Of a DNA stretch of 64,000 bases, positions 26,545-36,400 are shown in pieces. The translations under genes and the position numbers were made by a program. The stretch spans positions 3,512-67,511 of the forward strand of contig JAIOSL010000038.1 in assembly GCA_021107635.1 (NCBI GenBank). The letters are read 5' to 3'. This DNA comes from an archaeon (lineage in GTDB: Archaea; B1Sed10-29; WALL01; JAGHAM01). The notes beneath the pieces were generated by a model that saw only the letters and a list, made by a program, of their open reading frames with translations, was not told the origin of the DNA and made no database searches. Numbering within the stretch: position 1 is the stretch's first letter; the number at the start of each line of letters is the position of its first letter.

Positions 26545-28810
26545 TTGCCTTCCTCCTTGATAAAAGCTCTTTCAGTAATTGATTTTCTACCCAATTTGTC
26601 CACTCGTTGTATACTTTGTCGTATACTACGCTTCCATGTTCTCTTCTGCTCTGTTCTTGGAATAATAAATACATGTCATTGGCTCGCACGCTATTCACTG
26701 CTTCCAAAAGTTCTGGAATTTTGTGCGTGTTTTTTAGATCCACCAAGTGTTGTTTGCTTTTGCCTCTGTACGTTATGTCTGTCCAAATAGTATCAATGTC
26801 CATTCCACGCATTTTACGTATTTTTTTAAAGAATTCAGAATCTTCATACAACGTGTTTTTGTGAATAGTATGCTTGTCTTTTGTTGCATCGTAGGTAACA
26901 AGATCAATCAACCCGCCTTCTTTTTGAGGATCTTCATACCAATGCTTTCCTATTTCAGTAATTTCAATAAGCCTTCTCGCACGCCTTATTGAACCTTTGA
27001 AACGAATAGGCGCAGAAGTAACACACATGTCTGTAGCTTTAAATGAAGTGTTTGGCACGCCCAGATCATTCACTACCCTATCCCAAATAGAATAAGCATT
27101 CTCTCCGTGAATAGTACCCATAACAACGTTTCCTACTGCACCAACGCGCATTGCTTCATATAGTACTAAGGCTTCTCTGCTCCTGACTTCACCCATTATG
27201 AGTACGGATTCTCCAAGCCTGAGCGCGGTTCTGAGTGCGTCTTCTGGACTGACTTCTGATGCGACTGCTCCTACTGAGATTGAGGATCTTGTTTTTAGTC
27301 TGCAGATGTTGTAGCCGATTTTGCGCATTTGTTCGACTGGAATTTCTAGTGTGTCTTCTATTGTAATGATTCTTTGTGAGCGTAGGATTTCAAGCATGAG
27401 TGACATCAGCATTGAGGTTTTGCCTGAGCCTCTGCTTCCGACGACTAGCGTGGATGCTTGGGCATCCAAGAGGAATGAGAGTAGTCCTGCTACGTCTGAG
27501 GGAAACATGTTCACGTCTATGAATTGGGGGATAGTCCATGGAGTGGATTTGTGGATTCTTAGAGCAAAACCAATGCCATCCGGTGATAATGGTTTGCCGA
27601 TGGTTGCTGTTCTAGTATGATATTCTTGTAAGTCGAAGTCTATGACTGGATGTGCTTCATCGAATGGCCTGCCGCTCATTGAACGGAACCGGGATACAAT
27701 GCTTTCTGCTTCTTCGTTTGAGAAAATGACGTTGGTTTGACAAGGTCCGTATTCACTGTGTACTATGTACACTGGTTTGTATCCTAGTGGTGCATCTAGG
27801 TATACGTCAGTAAGTTTTTCGTCTGAAAGCAACAAGCCCATGATGCCAAAGCCTATGGTATACCTTACTACAATGCTTGCTAGTGCACTTACTTCTTCTG
27901 GTGAAAGAGCTATCTTGTTTTCTCTTGCTATGTCGTTTATTGTTGTTTCATAGATTTTTTTGAAATATTCTTTGCTTGTAGCTAAATCAGTGAACTCTAG
28001 TCCTTCTGGATGGTATCCGCTTACTATTTCTTTGGTTTTGGACATGAGAAAATAGTGTTCTGGGCTGAGAGCGTACTCTGGCGGATCCAGGTAATACAAG
28101 TATTCTATTTTTTCTGGATGTTTGTAAATGCTTATGTTTGTGTCTTTTACTTTGTACTGGTCAAGCAATTCTATTTCTTTCGGAAGGTCAAAAGAGATTC
28201 TTGAACCGATAAAAGAAGGTTTTAATTGTGCTTCAAACATGCTCCTGTAAAATCCTCTGCCTGGTGGCACTGTCTTAAGTTTACGAATATAGCTTTTTAG
28301 TTCTTGAATTAGTTCGGTAGATTCCAGGTTAGCGCGTAGGAATTCTAGTGTTTGAATGTACTTTTCTGTGCAGTGCTTGTATTCTGGTTGGATTATTCCA
28401 AGCTTGGCTTTTTCTAGTTCAATTGCTTCCAAGCATTTTATGTAAGAGCGTATTGGGTCTGTGCGTAGTAGGTTGCTTGCTATGTCTACTACAATGCCTC
28501 TGCGTTTTGGTAGGAATCTAGAGCATTTTTCTCCGCCTAGTAAGGAGGGTGCCCAGACTGCTGCTGCTTTAAATTTGTTGACTAGGCCTGCAATTTCTTT
28601 TAGCATTAAAGTTTGTTTTTCATCGTATACTCTTTCGTATACGTCAGAAAGAATTATTCGATCTACTTCACCAGTGGTCAGAAATTCTACAACTTGTGCC
28701 ATTCTTTGTGGATAATCTGCTATGCTTGGGCCGTGAGGAGAGTCGCTGCAGTCAATTGTCAAGTATCTTTTTCCGCCCTTGTTGACTACTTTAACTTTGT
28801 CACTAGCCAT
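26522..28810 (-). CDS. Type IV pilus/type II secretion ATPase with long N-terminal extension
   Basis: GSRGSGKTS, IEDTLEI, LIMGEVR, GTIHG; start taken at MASDK. Confidence 0.93.
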   Translation of the reverse strand: MASDKVKVVNKGGKRYLTIDCSDSPHGPSIADYPQRMAQVVEFLTTGEVDRIILSDVYERVYDEKQTLMLKEIAGLVNKFKAAAVWAPSLLGGEKCSRFLPKRRGIVVDIASNLLRTDPIRSYIKCLEAIELEKAKLGIIQPEYKHCTEKYIQTLEFLRANLESTELIQELKSYIRKLKTVPPGRGFYRSMFEAQLKPSFIGSRISFDLPKEIELLDQYKVKDTNISIYKHPEKIEYLYYLDPPEYALSPEHYFLMSKTKEIVSGYHPEGLEFTDLATSKEYFKKIYETTINDIARENKIALSPEEVSALASIVVRYTIGFGIMGLLLSDEKLTDVYLDAPLGYKPVYIVHSEYGPCQTNVIFSNEEAESIVSRFRSMSGRPFDEAHPVIDFDLQEYHTRTATIGKPLSPDGIGFALRIHKSTPWTIPQFIDVNMFPSDVAGLLSFLLDAQASTLVVGSRGSGKTSMLMSLMLEILRSQRIITIEDTLEIPVEQMRKIGYNICRLKTRSSISVGAVASEVSPEDALRTALRLGESVLIMGEVRSREALVLYEAMRVGAVGNVVMGTIHGENAYSIWDRVVNDLGVPNTSFKATDMCVTSAPIRFKGSIRRARRLIEITEIGKHWYEDPQKEGGLIDLVTYDATKDKHTIHKNTLYEDSEFFKKIRKMRGMDIDTIWTDITYRGKSKQHLVDLKNTHKIPELLEAVNSVRANDMYLLFQEQSRREHGSVVYDKVYNEWTNWVENQLLKELLSRRKASEEAKQQ

Positions 28811-28854
28811 GAATAAAAAACGCAAGAGTTTTATTTATAGGTGATGGTAGCCTG

Positions 28855-30591
28855 CTAGGAACAAGTAGCACTTCCTGGACTACCACTACAAGTCGTTCCT
28901 TCAACTAGACAAACAGTAGCGTTATAGCAAACGCACTTATCACTTCCGGTGCATGTACTGTCTTCTCCAGTGTTGATTTTTGTATTAAGAACTGCACTTG
29001 GATTAGTGACATCACATCGTGGTATTGAACCACTTGATTCACAGAATGCATATAGTGAACCTTCACAGAGTCCTCCTGGCAAAACAGAACAATCTGTGCA
29101 TGTGTGTGGAACGAATTCAGTTCCACATCCTGTTTCATTTGTGCATCCACACCATTTTCCATTTAGAGTGTCACAATCTGTTTGTTTCTCAAAACAAGAA
29201 CAGCTTGTGGCACAATCAACAAGGCCACCTATAGGAGGATCGCTTGATCTGTTTAATACTTGAGTATTGCCTGTGCCGCATTTTGTTTGAGCTACAGGTT
29301 CTTCACAAACTGCTAGTAAATGCCCTGCAGCGGAATCACAATGACTGAATGTTCCACCGAGAGTACAGCCAGTAGTACAATCGCCGTTTCCAAAAGTTGC
29401 ATCACAATAGCCTCCTTGACCTTCACAGTCTATTGTAGTGTAACAAGTGCAAAGTTCTGTTCCAATGCAACCAAAAACATCATCTCGAGTATCTGGCTTT
29501 GTCTTTAGGACTCCGCTTTCACATTCAGGAAGAGATGCACCAGAATCTGTTTTACACTGTGCACCTTTGCCAACTGTTGCTCCTTTACCAGTTACATCAT
29601 ATGCATAGTAATCACTACAAGCTATATCTGGAGTACAGTTAAATGAGAAGCCTGCTGCACATTCGGGCTTCAAATCATCAAGCACAAATTTAAGAGGACG
29701 CCGTTTCAGTTCAACCTTAAAACCGGAAAGTTGGTCTTCACAACAAAGATCCATCCCATCACTCAAATCGTTTCTGCAAGTAGGTTTATGGAATAGATTA
29801 GAACCACATTTAGTTGTGTCAGTAGAAACCCAAGTATCAACAAGCAGGTCAATATCATCACAATCATTTCTAGTATCCTCACAACAATGAAACTGTCCAT
29901 CTGTACACTTCTGATTATCAGCAAGATCATACCAATAAACATCAGCCCATTCGTAACGATAACATCCGCCTCCACACCATGCCCGATTCCATTTCATATA
30001 TGCTTTGAATTTTTCAATATAAACTTCAACACCATCAGGCAATGATGCAGTAAATAAGATATAATTACCACCACACCAAGCCCAACTTTGGTCAGTCATA
30101 CTTCCAGTAATACTCATACTCATAAGATCTTTTGAAGTATCTGGTTGTATTGTTCCCACTGTACTGGAAAGTTCATATGGATTGCCTAAAGCGTCTTCTA
30201 CTTCAACTACAATATGCCAAGGAGGATCTCTGCCAGTAACCATTGTTTGAACGTTCTCAACTAAGAATAGACCGTCCTCATCCAAAGTTGTTACTGTTTC
30301 AGTTCCCTCTATAGTAACTATGACTGTAGCTCCATTAATGATTCCAACTCCTTCTCTTCCATCAATTAAATCAGGATCACACACAAAACCAAGCACATCA
30401 AAATGCGTGAAATCAATATCTCTTATTGCAATATTTACTTTAGGACCTGCAGTATCCTTAGCAATATAAACAGTAATATTGGCTTGTCCTTCCTCATCAC
30501 CATCTGCAGCTGAAACTAAAGGACTGTCACCTAAAAAAAGCATTCCTGCTACAACCAACAAAACCAAAAAAGCAACGAACCACGCTCTCAT
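28855..30591 (-). CDS. Secreted protein with Ig-like N-terminal part and Cys-rich C-terminal repeats
   Basis: Signal MRAWFVAFLVLLVVAG; track start 30783 would overlap the archaeosortase gene; three C-x-C-(Y/F)...C...G-x-x-C units. Confidence 0.8.
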   Translation of the reverse strand: MRAWFVAFLVLLVVAGMLFLGDSPLVSAADGDEEGQANITVYIAKDTAGPKVNIAIRDIDFTHFDVLGFVCDPDLIDGREGVGIINGATVIVTIEGTETVTTLDEDGLFLVENVQTMVTGRDPPWHIVVEVEDALGNPYELSSTVGTIQPDTSKDLMSMSITGSMTDQSWAWCGGNYILFTASLPDGVEVYIEKFKAYMKWNRAWCGGGCYRYEWADVYWYDLADNQKCTDGQFHCCEDTRNDCDDIDLLVDTWVSTDTTKCGSNLFHKPTCRNDLSDGMDLCCEDQLSGFKVELKRRPLKFVLDDLKPECAAGFSFNCTPDIACSDYYAYDVTGKGATVGKGAQCKTDSGASLPECESGVLKTKPDTRDDVFGCIGTELCTCYTTIDCEGQGGYCDATFGNGDCTTGCTLGGTFSHCDSAAGHLLAVCEEPVAQTKCGTGNTQVLNRSSDPPIGGLVDCATSCSCFEKQTDCDTLNGKWCGCTNETGCGTEFVPHTCTDCSVLPGGLCEGSLYAFCESSGSIPRCDVTNPSAVLNTKINTGEDSTCTGSDKCVCYNATVCLVEGTTCSGSPGSATCS

Positions 30592-30655
30592 GACATAGCT
30601 ATAATCAAATCTTCTATAAAAAACCGACCCTGGAAAGGTTAAATATGATTCATGC

Positions 30656-31180
30656 ATGAAGAAAAAAACAATGCAATCCAATAACCTAACCAAAGCAGTA
30701 AAATTCACACCCACTTTGATGATAGTTGGAATCATAACATACCTAGCATTTTCACTCGTAATGACTTCATTGCAATCATTCACAGCATTGACTTCAAGCT
30801 TAATTCTTTTCTTGTTTGGAATAAACTCAATAGTGATTGGTACTGCACTAACAGGGATTTTTTCAATGCCAGTAGAAGTAGCTCCTCTATGCGTTGGAGA
30901 CTTGGAAATAGCGGTGCTGGTTGGTGCTATTGCTGCAACAGAAGACAGAACTCACAGAGAACGCTTACTAGGAATAATAAGTGGAATTGCCTTTGTGCTT
31001 TTTTTGAATCCAATAAGGATAGCAATGACCATTGCAGCAGGAGTATGGTGGGGTTTTCAAACAATGGATTTTATTCATTCAATCTTGTTCAGAATAACTC
31101 TTGTGACAGTAATCATTGGCTTTTATGTTCTCTGGTACTTAGGCTGGCCATCAATAAAGCGTAAGCTTAAAAAGCATTAA
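30656..31180 (+). CDS. Archaeosortase/exosortase-family transpeptidase
   Basis: Cys-Arg-His pattern: EVAPLCVG, LNPIRIA, DFIHSILFR; multi-TM. Confidence 0.88.
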   Translation: MKKKTMQSNNLTKAVKFTPTLMIVGIITYLAFSLVMTSLQSFTALTSSLILFLFGINSIVIGTALTGIFSMPVEVAPLCVGDLEIAVLVGAIAATEDRTHRERLLGIISGIAFVLFLNPIRIAMTIAAGVWWGFQTMDFIHSILFRITLVTVIIGFYVLWYLGWPSIKRKLKKH

Positions 31181-31196
31181 GTGATTATTAGAACCC

Positions 31197-33428
31197 ATGA
31201 AACGGGGGTTTAGTATATTTACTCCGATGGTGGGGACTATTTTAATCACTATTGCACTTCTTATTGTAGCATCCATACTACAAAGTGAAAGATTTGCTGT
31301 TGCTGGAACACTACAAAGCTACCAAAGCATCAAAATAGCAAATGTGATGAGAGAAGCCAAAAGCAGAATAGAAGAAGAACTTAGAACTAGCGTATTCGAA
31401 AAAGCGATGACTTCAAGAGTATGGATTAACAACTGTTATGAAGATGGAATAGTAACTGATTATTATGCTGGAACAAAATGCGAAAGGGTTATGACCGATG
31501 GAGCACTCACAGAACTAGAAACAAAAATAGCAGATTTATTGACCAAAGAAACCATGACGTCAGTGACAAACAGGTTTGAAACCGCCTACAAGTCAGAAGA
31601 CATAACACTTGAATTCAATCCTGAATTAGAAACAGGAGGAAAATATGAGGGAAATCTTTCAAAAATTTTGGTGAAACCAATAGAATTTCCGCCAGAACTT
31701 AAGGGAAGAGCTAGAATAACCCTTAATTTTAGCAAACTAGTTGACAAGGATACAGGAGAACGAATCGCCATTGCAACACTAAAAACAGAAACCATCTCAA
31801 TGAAAATATACTTAGACCCAACAGTAAAAGTGTTTGAAAGTCCCGACCCTATCAACAGTTATTCAAAAGAACTTGGAAAAGCATTCCAAGGATTCACACT
31901 AATGAACAAAGACTGGCATGAAGTTGGAGACTTAACAATGGCAGAGTACACTGGCAGTTATGGGAAGATAACTGCAGGTGTGAGCGCCCATGGAGATGGA
32001 AGCAAATGGTATCACTATGCGTATGCACTTCAAGCAAGACAGCCCAAAAAGAATAATGATGGAAGAGGACCTGGATATATCACAACAGGCTGGCAAAAAG
32101 GAACTGAGTGGGAAGAAGGACATGGATTTAGATATACCAACAACATCAAAGAACCAATAGTAATCCATGATAAAATAAGCAACCTCATGAGCAAAATAAA
32201 ATCAACCGCGATTACGCCGTTTATTGGAGACACTAGCACACCAATAGATTCTACATGTCAAATAGACATAATGAAAAAATCCGAGATGACAAAACTAAGC
32301 AAATATTTATACCAAGACCAGATATCTGGAGCTAATCCCAAAAAGGTAGAAGAATACTTTGTGGCAGGATACCTAAAACATGAAAATGATGAATTATATT
32401 TAATGAACAGCTATTACCCTACAAAAAAATTCATTGAAGATGTATATACTAAGTATACTGGAAATTGTGACGCAAATAGCGTAGCAGATCCTAACAATTA
32501 TGACATTATTCCTGGTGGACATATAACCCCAACTGCTAGTCCAGTAGACAATTGGCTCCCAACAGGAAAACCATGTGCAGATGGTACTTTAGGCGCATCC
32601 AATGCAAATGATGCTACCTTTGAAGACTGGGCACTTTACTTAAGAAACAGAGATCCTACAGATGGGGGAGCTAAAGATTTGACGGTTGTAAACACAATAG
32701 AAAAATACGATGACAAGTACGTTCCAACTGGTCTTAAAAAAACAGTAGATGACATTACAAATCACATTAAAAGCACCACAGAAGTCAAAGCAGCCATGGG
32801 TTATGGAACAGCAGATACAGTCAAATATAAAATAAATGTAACAAGCTATCAATTCTATGCAATAAACACAAACATAACTGGAGGAAACAATTGGCAATGC
32901 GGAGAATTCATGGCATATTACGTTCCACAATTTTCATTTACAGGAGTAACCTGCGCGAGTGATTTAGTAAACTACATTGGAGGGCTAACTAGTGAAAAAG
33001 ATGCGTTCTTCCTCTCACTACCATTGAATTACACATGTCCAACATTCACAATGGTAGCTGTGAAAGAAGAAATGGACCTTTTCAGAAACAACAAAACCCA
33101 TCCTGGAGAAATAATACATCCAGTTTATCATGTTACATTTACCAGAAGAAAAGCAGATTATAGTAAGGGACCTGCAGAAAATAACGTGCCAACAACAGAA
33201 TTATGGGAAGGCAGCCAACTAGACAAAACAGATGACGCATTCGCAGACAGATTCTTCCAACAAACTGAAACACTCCTAACAAATGACGTCAACAACAACT
33301 ACCGAACTAATATGACTGTAAGAAAATGCATTTACACCTATGAAACAGGGCAACCAGGAGCAGAAATATTTGGTGGGAGCTGTACTTGGCTGGCAAACAA
33401 TCCAGAAAGCTCAGAGTACATAAAATAA
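31197..33428 (+). CDS. Large (743 aa) surface protein with class III-like signal peptide
   Basis: MKRG|FSIFTPMVGTILITIALLIV followed by soluble domain. Confidence 0.75.
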   Translation: MKRGFSIFTPMVGTILITIALLIVASILQSERFAVAGTLQSYQSIKIANVMREAKSRIEEELRTSVFEKAMTSRVWINNCYEDGIVTDYYAGTKCERVMTDGALTELETKIADLLTKETMTSVTNRFETAYKSEDITLEFNPELETGGKYEGNLSKILVKPIEFPPELKGRARITLNFSKLVDKDTGERIAIATLKTETISMKIYLDPTVKVFESPDPINSYSKELGKAFQGFTLMNKDWHEVGDLTMAEYTGSYGKITAGVSAHGDGSKWYHYAYALQARQPKKNNDGRGPGYITTGWQKGTEWEEGHGFRYTNNIKEPIVIHDKISNLMSKIKSTAITPFIGDTSTPIDSTCQIDIMKKSEMTKLSKYLYQDQISGANPKKVEEYFVAGYLKHENDELYLMNSYYPTKKFIEDVYTKYTGNCDANSVADPNNYDIIPGGHITPTASPVDNWLPTGKPCADGTLGASNANDATFEDWALYLRNRDPTDGGAKDLTVVNTIEKYDDKYVPTGLKKTVDDITNHIKSTTEVKAAMGYGTADTVKYKINVTSYQFYAINTNITGGNNWQCGEFMAYYVPQFSFTGVTCASDLVNYIGGLTSEKDAFFLSLPLNYTCPTFTMVAVKEEMDLFRNNKTHPGEIIHPVYHVTFTRRKADYSKGPAENNVPTTELWEGSQLDKTDDAFADRFFQQTETLLTNDVNNNYRTNMTVRKCIYTYETGQPGAEIFGGSCTWLANNPESSEYIK

Positions 33429-33469
33429 TATTCAACACTTAATATAATACTATATAGAGGGGATTAAAA

Positions 33470-36400
33470 ATGGGACTTGACGAAACATACGCAAAACTTG
33501 AAGACAAATACTACGCGTTCTTAGACGGACTCGAAAAGAAAGGCATACCAATATACAGCATAGTTGACCCAATCGAGCACGCAGGCATACCATCACTTCC
33601 ACTGTTTGTGGGATTGGTAATACTTCTAATAGGACTAGCATGGTATTACATGATGCCATCAGTTGGAGGAATGCAAGACGTAACCTTTGTAATAACCTCA
33701 CAAGCTGACGGAAAATTCCTGGACGGAGCAACAATAACAGCTAAACTTGAAGGAAACGAAATAGCAACAGCAACAACCATTCAAGGTCAAGCCACACTCA
33801 GAAACGTTCCCTCAGATTCAGAAATAGACTTAATAATAAACAAGCCCGGCTGCACAGAATATCGAACAACAGTAACCCCCTCTCTAAAAAATGAACTTAA
33901 AATCAGCATGCAGTGCGGAGGCGGAGGAGGTCTAGAAGGATGTCTTGAAATCTCAAGCGACATGGAACAAACATTCCTAAAAGACGAAAACGGCAACCCT
34001 CCAGAATCATGCGAAATAAGAATCTATGACCCAATAGATCCACTTACCACAATAAACCATGGATGGCTAATCGTAGATGGTGCTCTTTATGTAGACGATA
34101 TAACAGAAGCCACATGCCCCTCAAACATCAACGCACACAAAGTTGAAATCACATGCAAAAACAGCAAATATGAAAGCACAGTATCCGCACTTTTAGATAA
34201 AATAAAAACAGAAAACGAACTCATACTAGAAACAATATCCATTGAACCAACACAACAAAATGCCACCTCAGACGTGCTAAGAGAAATAATCGTACACATA
34301 GAATCAATGGACGGCAATCCACTAGAAGGCATTATAGTAAAAGCAGTAAACGCAGAAGCCGAACCAATAACAAGCGAATTCAGCAACGTTATTCTAGAAT
34401 ACACAACAGGAAGCACAGGCAACACCCAACTAATAATCCCAGATGGACAAGCTTTTTACATTGCAGTAGAAGATCCAAAAGGAGTCTACAGAAACAAAGT
34501 TGGAGAAACCGAATATATTGCAAGCCTTGAGATGATAACCAGAGAAATCAACCTTCAAATGTCAAAAGGAGCAGGCACAATAGTCACAGTCAAAGAAAGC
34601 GGAACCCAAGACCCAATAACCAGTGCAATGGTAACAATCATCGACTCCAGCGGAAAACATGCAGGATTCCCACAAAGAACAAACTCAAAAGGAGAAGCCA
34701 GCTTTGTCCTATACAAAGGCAAAGAGTATAGCCTAGAAGTAAGACATGCAATGTACGAACCGATTAACCAAACCGTTACCGGAGGAACAGATATCACAGT
34801 ATTCCTAGAAACAGTAGACCCAACAAAAACAGGAAGCCTAGCAATTAAAACCATTAAAGCACACGGAGCAAAAGACAGGCTAGGAGGAGTAAGAATCAAA
34901 CTAATCAAAAATGGAAAAACATACACTGAAACAACAACAAGCTCTTCCGGGGAAGCCTACTTAACAGGCATACTCGCAGGAAGTTACACTCTCAAACTTT
35001 TGCCGCCAGGAGCAACAAACTATCAAGAAGGACCCACAGTAGACATTCAACCACAAAACACAACAGAAATAACCATTGAAGTCATACCAGAACAGATAAC
35101 CCTGGAACTAACAACACTAGTAAGAATAAACGGAAAAGACATCCCAAAGAAAAACGTTGAAGTACAACTATGGGACGCATACTACGAAGAACGAATAGAA
35201 ACCAAAACCTCAGGAATAGAACGCAAAGTTACATTCCAAATAGACAAATGCACAGAAGTATACTTTGTTCTAGCATACACAGAAACAGAAGAACCAAACG
35301 CAGGCAAAAAATACGGTCCACTAACAAGCACCCCAGAAGAATACTGCACAAACAAAGAAATCAAAGACCTAATCCTCAAAGAAAAACCAGACCAAACAGA
35401 ACTAAACCTAGACATATTCACACAAACAGGAGAAATAGAAGAAGAACTAATCCCAGGAACACACTATAACGCAAAACTTTCAGTTGCACTACCAGAATAC
35501 ACTCCAAACGTAATATACAAACAAATAACAGTAGAACTCTTTGTAGGCAATGACGGATACCTAGCAAGAACAGACCAAACACCACTAGTAATAGAAGACA
35601 TAGACCTAACAGACATATCCGTACAAGACCCATACATCACATCCCTACACACAGCAGATGAATACCACTATGGAGAACCAACACCACCAGAAAACGAAGA
35701 AGGAAACAGCAAATACCTAAAAGTAACCATTGGCAAATACACTCCAGGAACATACGAACTAAGCATACCCATTTATGTAAGAAGCCTAGCAGAACAAGGA
35801 AACACAATAATCAGCTACCGAGCAACCTGGATGAAACCAGACGGAGGACTAGTCTACTCACAAAGCGGAAACTGGGACGAAAAAAACATAACAATACTAC
35901 CCCCAAGCAGCTCAAACTACCACGAACTAGAAACAGGCTCCTTTTATGCATACAAAGCATGGCTCACAGCAACCAAAAGCCCAGAACCAATCCTGAACAC
36001 ATCAATAACAAAAAACGCATACTTCTACCTACACATCGACGCAATAACAAGAGACGACATCGCAGCATGGGAAGTACCACTCACAACAATACCAGACATA
36101 GCAGAAATGATAACATATGACGGAACAGTATACAGAGCAAGCGGAATGACCACAGAAATAGCCGCAACCAACATCACAGGCGACACACTAACCAACGACA
36201 ACAATATCTACAACCTCGAAAAAGACGACAAAGTAAGCCTTACAATAACACTAAAAGCAATAGGACCAGGAAAAGCATCCCTGATAACATTCAACGACAT
36301 AAGACACACACTCAGCTTCGCAGTCTCAGAAATACCAGCACTACAAAAAGAAACACTCATATCCGGAATCACAGCAACACTACAAGCACAAGCACACTTC

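Noticed and set aside
1..28810. Archaellum operon
   Set aside because: No recognisable archaellin, ArlH or ArlF/G; modules fit type IV pili
35170..35469. Arg/Asn-rich alternate-frame ORFs inside the giant genes (also 36754, 44840, 45668)
   Set aside because: Off-frame reading of A/C-rich codons produces few stops; not independent genes
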